DNA of 64,000 nucleotides from contig JAYWIR010000016.1 of assembly GCA_036172245.1 (NCBI GenBank), positions 3,348,001-3,412,000 of the forward strand, read 5' to 3'. The notes under the pieces were generated by a model. It saw nothing but the letters and a program-made list of their open reading frames with translations. It searched no databases and had not been told where the DNA came from. Shown in pieces: positions 59,645-64,000 of this stretch (positions within the stretch are counted from its first letter, which is position 1; the number at the start of each line of letters is the position of its first letter). This stretch comes from Raillietiella orientalis. Lineage: Eukaryota. The position numbers and the translations under genes were made by a program.

Positions 59645-60344
59645 ACCTGACGGCATCGCTGTCGTCACAAGTTCGGCTCGGTTGCCCGCCTGTTTCGGGG
59701 GAGTGGACCACAGAGTTTTCGAGAGCTTCTTCTACTCGAGGATTAAGTGATGCTTGCATTGCCAAAATTTTAAGTGTCCGACGAAAAACTGGAAGTGTGT
59801 CGATTTGAAACCTCATGTTTATGCTTGTGGTGGTGGATTGTTCGTCAGGTTCGAGATATTTATGGGCATGGGAGGCAGGAGATGGCTTCTGCATCATTCC
59901 CGTGTTGCGTAGCTTAGTGAAGGTAAACTGCCCAAGCGTTTCCGGGTGCCCAGAGCATTCAAGTTGCTCATGGTTCTGAAAGGTGGTCTGGTCCCTAAAA
60001 TGGGACGCCGGCTTTGTGGTGGAGCGTTTCTCATGGAAGCGACTGCCTTGGAGCGCCGTTGCTGGGAAAGCCAGCTTCCCAGCAACGGCAGTGCGTCCGG
60101 GGCATCCAGAGGGAAATGTGTCAAGACGTGTCCGATGCTCAGGGGAAAGCGCGAAGACGAGTTTGGGGTGTTTAGGATGGGCAGCTGCGCAATTCCTTGT
60201 TCCCCGTTCTCTCTGCGGGGGACTCTCATTTTCGGCTCGGGAGTTGATCGATTTGCAGGCCGGCGATTCACTCCGGACTGAATTGGGTCCGTTTGCACCA
60301 GCAGAGTTTTTTAGGACCCGTGGTGTCGCAGCAGGAAAACATCC
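59211..60344 (-). CDS. Candidate orphan gene fragment (open frame 60344-59647, 57-nt intron, next exon from 59589)
   Basis: 234 stop-free codons. AG|gtggta...ttttttcactgctcgaatgcag|A joins in phase 2 to the 59588-59211 ORF. No start exon or homology was identified. Confidence 0.3.
59798..59987. repeat. Dispersed direct repeat, copy 1 (partner 62386-62561)
   Basis: Shares a 44-bp identical core cttctgcatcattcccgtgttgcgtagcttagtgaaggtaaact (59886-59929 = 62469-62512), with alignable flanks. Confidence 0.92.
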
Positions 60345-62385
60345 TTATGCCGTGAGGATTCCTGCGAAGAGTGCGTGTCGGCGCAAACAGATTTTCTCCT
60401 AAGGATGGCAGAAGCAAACAAAATGAGGACTGGGCTCACGGACGGAATCTCCACTGTCCATTCTCCAGCCGCTGATCCGCTGTGATGCATGCAAGTCTGC
60501 ACAAGACAAACGAACCTCGCGAATACATCGGCCATAATGGTATACGGAAGCAATTAAGAAAAACATCGTCGGGCATCGTTTTGCCTGATTGTTTATTGTA
60601 TTTAATTTTTTTTTTTAGTGGTGTATTACGGGGAGGGAGCTCACGCGTTTATGGGGAACTTCATTTCCGTCGTGCGCTGGCATACCTCAACTCGAGTCCG
60701 GGAAGTCACCCTTTTGGAAGTTGGGACGCAAATCGATTTGAGGCGAGATCATCGCAGGGAGAGGTAACTAACAATGTACTGTACAACAGGGGATGCCACG
60801 GCACACACGAATTTGTGTACACCGCTACATCGTGCATACGCACGTCGAATGGCGGCGGTTTTCCGAAACGCGGCGGATGCACCACACAGTATCGTGCCGT
60901 ACTGAATTTTCCTCGGTTCTGTACGGTGGTACACTGCTGCATTGGGTTCTCACGAGGCGCGTTGAGGAGGACGTCCTGGCACGTTGGTGGGTCGGGCGCA
61001 AGCACCGGGATGTGCACGGCCCCACCGTGAAAAATGGTCCTGCAGCTGCGAGAAGAGGGAGACTTTTTGTGTGCCCACACGTGGAAACTTTACGTTTCGC
61101 CTACTTGAGCGGAGCTGATTGCGAACGGGAAAATTAATAGGTCCGGAAATCCAACCAGGCTCAGGGAATATAACCTATTTCTGAGGTTTTCCTTCAGATT
61201 TGCAGCTCTTTTTTTTTTTTTTTGGCATCGGAAAATTCTGTCCCGTTTTTGTTTCGTTTAAAGCGACCGTTTTGTTCAATGTGTTTGATGGACGTTTCTC
61301 TCTCTCTCTCTCTCTCTCTCGTGAAAGTAATTGCTTTTTTTTGTTTTTGTTTTTTTCGCAAAAGAAACTTATGCATCACTTTGTTAGGGTAATTTATAAA
61401 AGTTCATTTCATTTTATTACGCTACAACTATATGCGTTTTCTTTTGAGCGACATCCCTGTCCATGAGCACTCGAGTACGAGGAGGAGGAGTAACCCAAGC
61501 AGATAATAATAACATCACAATACTAACGATGTTAAGAAAGGAATTGCTGAAAATTTCGAAGCTAAGCCAGAGGCGTTCGTGATGCAAAAAGGCACTGACC
61601 GTGTGGCACATTTGATGGCAAACCTGTTTCCCCCCCCCCCCTCCCACGTTCGTTTCCTCGCCACCTTTCTGTTGATTGCACGTTGATCCACGTAGCTGCA
61701 AGTTGCATCTGATGGCTTGATTACCACCCCCCGCCCACCCCCACACCCTCGAAAGGACGAATGCAAGTTCCATTGCATTTCGAGAACGCAGTGGAATTTA
61801 CCATTCTGTGCATCGACTCGTGTCAGAGCAGCTTCCCTGTCAAGAATGTAGCAGGGTGGACCAAGGTTGGTCCACCCTGCGCAAGATTCCAAGTCCGCGC
61901 AGACAAAAAACGTGGGGGGAATCCTCGCAATCTGCCAATCTCCTTTAGCTGTTTCGATTTCATCGGGATCTCGGCGGAGCTGGTGGGGTGCTTTCTCAGG
62001 AAGTGATGCCAAACGAAGGCGGACGGAGCATCCGAATAGCAAAGGGAGGAGACGGGAAGGAAACGTTGCCACGCGAGGGTGGAAGCCGAATGTGTACGGC
62101 CGACCTCATTCGTTTACATCAAGTGGGCGGCAGCACGGGCAGCCAAATCTTCGCCTAAAACGAAGAGCACACACAACCAGAAATTGCCTTGCTACTTGCA
62201 GCAGCAGCTTTCTTTTCTTCCGTGTGTTCGTGCACTACGCGACGGAGGATTCCCTTTTGAAGATAACAGACCGCGTTTGGTACTCAGGCGTTGATAAAAG
62301 TTAGGGTTGATAAGATGAAACGCGCCCCCGTCTCTGGCGTAAAGGAATGAGTCGAGATCTGTGCATTTTCCGAATCATCCGAAAC

Positions 62386-62561
62386 TGTCAACTTGAAACT
62401 GTTGTGCTTGTGGTGGTGGGTTATTCCTCAAGTTCGAGATATCTATGGGAATCAGAGGCGGGAAGTGTCTTCTGCATCATTCCCGTGTTGCGTAGCTTAG
62501 TGAAGGTAAACTTCCCAAGCGTTTCCGGGAGCTCCGGTTGCCCATGGTTGTGAAAGTTGGT
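62386..62561. repeat. Dispersed direct repeat, copy 2 (partner 59798-59987); possible decayed exon copy
   Basis: Same core; 9-nt and 5-nt deletions relative to copy 1; TAA (62421-62423) in the minus-strand frame that is open in copy 1. Confidence 0.9.
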
Positions 62562-64000
62562 TCCTATGCCAACCTCTTCCTGCGCGTGCTGCACGCTGTA
62601 TCACTGCAGTGCGGAAGTGCACCTTCCGCAAATTCGTTGGGGGCTCGCCGCATCCATTCGTGAGAATCGCAAGCCTTGTCGGGATCTCCCCTTTTGATTT
62701 GATCTGCTGGACCACATCAGCGGTTCAGATTGCTTCCTGTCGGCAAAAATACAAATACCTTTTTCGATCACCTGTAACAAATCTTCTTTAGATGCTTCCT
62801 TCGCTCTTCCTAGTGGAAGGGATCTCTTCCGCTTTACCCTGTGGACATATCATTTGGTTCATCGTTCCCGTTATGTGATCTGTTTCCGCAGCTTCGTGGT
62901 GCTTTCTGAGGTGCCCAGGCAGAATGTTGTCATGGACACAGACTTGCATTGTGGCAACACTTGCATCCTTTCGCAAATCGGTGAAATTAGGCATCGTTCT
63001 TCTGGTGTACAGACCGCATTTCGCTTCGGTAGGTCCTTCGAATTCCTACTAGGCAACGCAGCATGTGAGCTTTATTCCGAAAATCCTGTTTGCGTGATGA
63101 CCCCCCTTCCCCATTCGAAAGGTTTGATCTCGGAAACTTCCGTTCATCACCAAGGAAGAGGTACAAACTGAGATGGATGAGTTAGGATTGGGGAGAGGAA
63201 CATCTTCCGATTTGCAGTAGCTTTGCCGAAGTCGTTTATCACTCATCGAAGGTTGTTTCCAAGATCGAATTTAAGAAGGACTGCGGACTGCTTGCAAACC
63301 GATGCTGCCTCGCATTGGGGAAGGACACACGCAAAAAAAAAAAAAAAAAAAAAGCAAAAACAAAATGCAGATGGAATTGGTTTTCACACTCCATGAAGAT
63401 TGAAGAACACGGAAACCAAGGCGTGGAACCCAGAAGTCTTGCCTTTTGATTTCCATATGCCCCAAATGAAAGAATCGTGGAAGGAATGAAGAGGAACGGA
63501 GCGAACGAGAGAAATAGAATGCTGCAAACTTTTCTGGGGGGTGCTCTGAAGAATAATTTCGAAACCGAGCGGCATCCTTTCCATACCAACGCTTGGCGAG
63601 ATGGCAGATCTTCGTCGTTGCTCCGTGGCTGCTTCCATCGTCGCGACGCTGCGCCTATGCACAAGGAGCAGGAAATTCCGAATTGCAAATCGAAATGCTG
63701 TCCAAACGAGTGACTTCCTGGGTTCCCTTCGCGTGCGAAGACCCCACTGACCTGGCGTGCATCTCCCTGGGACACCTTCCTTCCTGATTTCTGCCTGACC
63801 TTGCAGTTTTCGGCTGATGTTTTCATTTGAATGGATCAAATGTTTCGCCTTCCAACATAGGATGAGAACGTTGTGTGTGGACTCCACTGGGTTTTCATGT
63901 GTTTTTTTTTTTTTTTTTTTTAATGATTCCGGTCCACTACATTGAATGGTGCTGATTTTGTGCGGAAGTCGTCCCGTTGTCAGCCATCACTGCCGTATAG

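Overview
This is eukaryotic (animal) genomic DNA, most likely an arthropod, because it encodes a TTK-type BTB domain. Almost all ORFs in the supplied track look like GC-driven noise. Reading splice sites by hand gives three well-supported spliced genes. (1) LIX1L/lowfat on +, 4704-24627, with a conserved distal first exon, an 18-kb first intron and a second candidate first exon at 17649-17733. (2) OSBPL9/ORP9 on -, 43072-34114, 16 coding exons, about 712 aa, with PH, FFAT and ORD domains. (3) A BTB + HMG-box transcription factor on -, 54327-50254, 6 coding exons, about 355 aa. Other elements are a 5-copy 71-bp minisatellite in the LIX1L intron, a diverged ~180-bp duplication tied to a candidate orphan gene near 59-62 kb, a candidate small spliced orphan ORF at 28081-28354, and many homopolymers and microsatellites. 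Base composition is strongly patchy: very GC/CpG-rich at 1-33 kb, and AT-rich/CpG-poor at about 40.8-44.4 and 49.6-55.7 kb. GC3 rises from about 26% to about 91% within OSBPL9. No tRNA, rRNA, CRISPR array or intact transposon could be supported, and no new multi-gene system is demonstrated.
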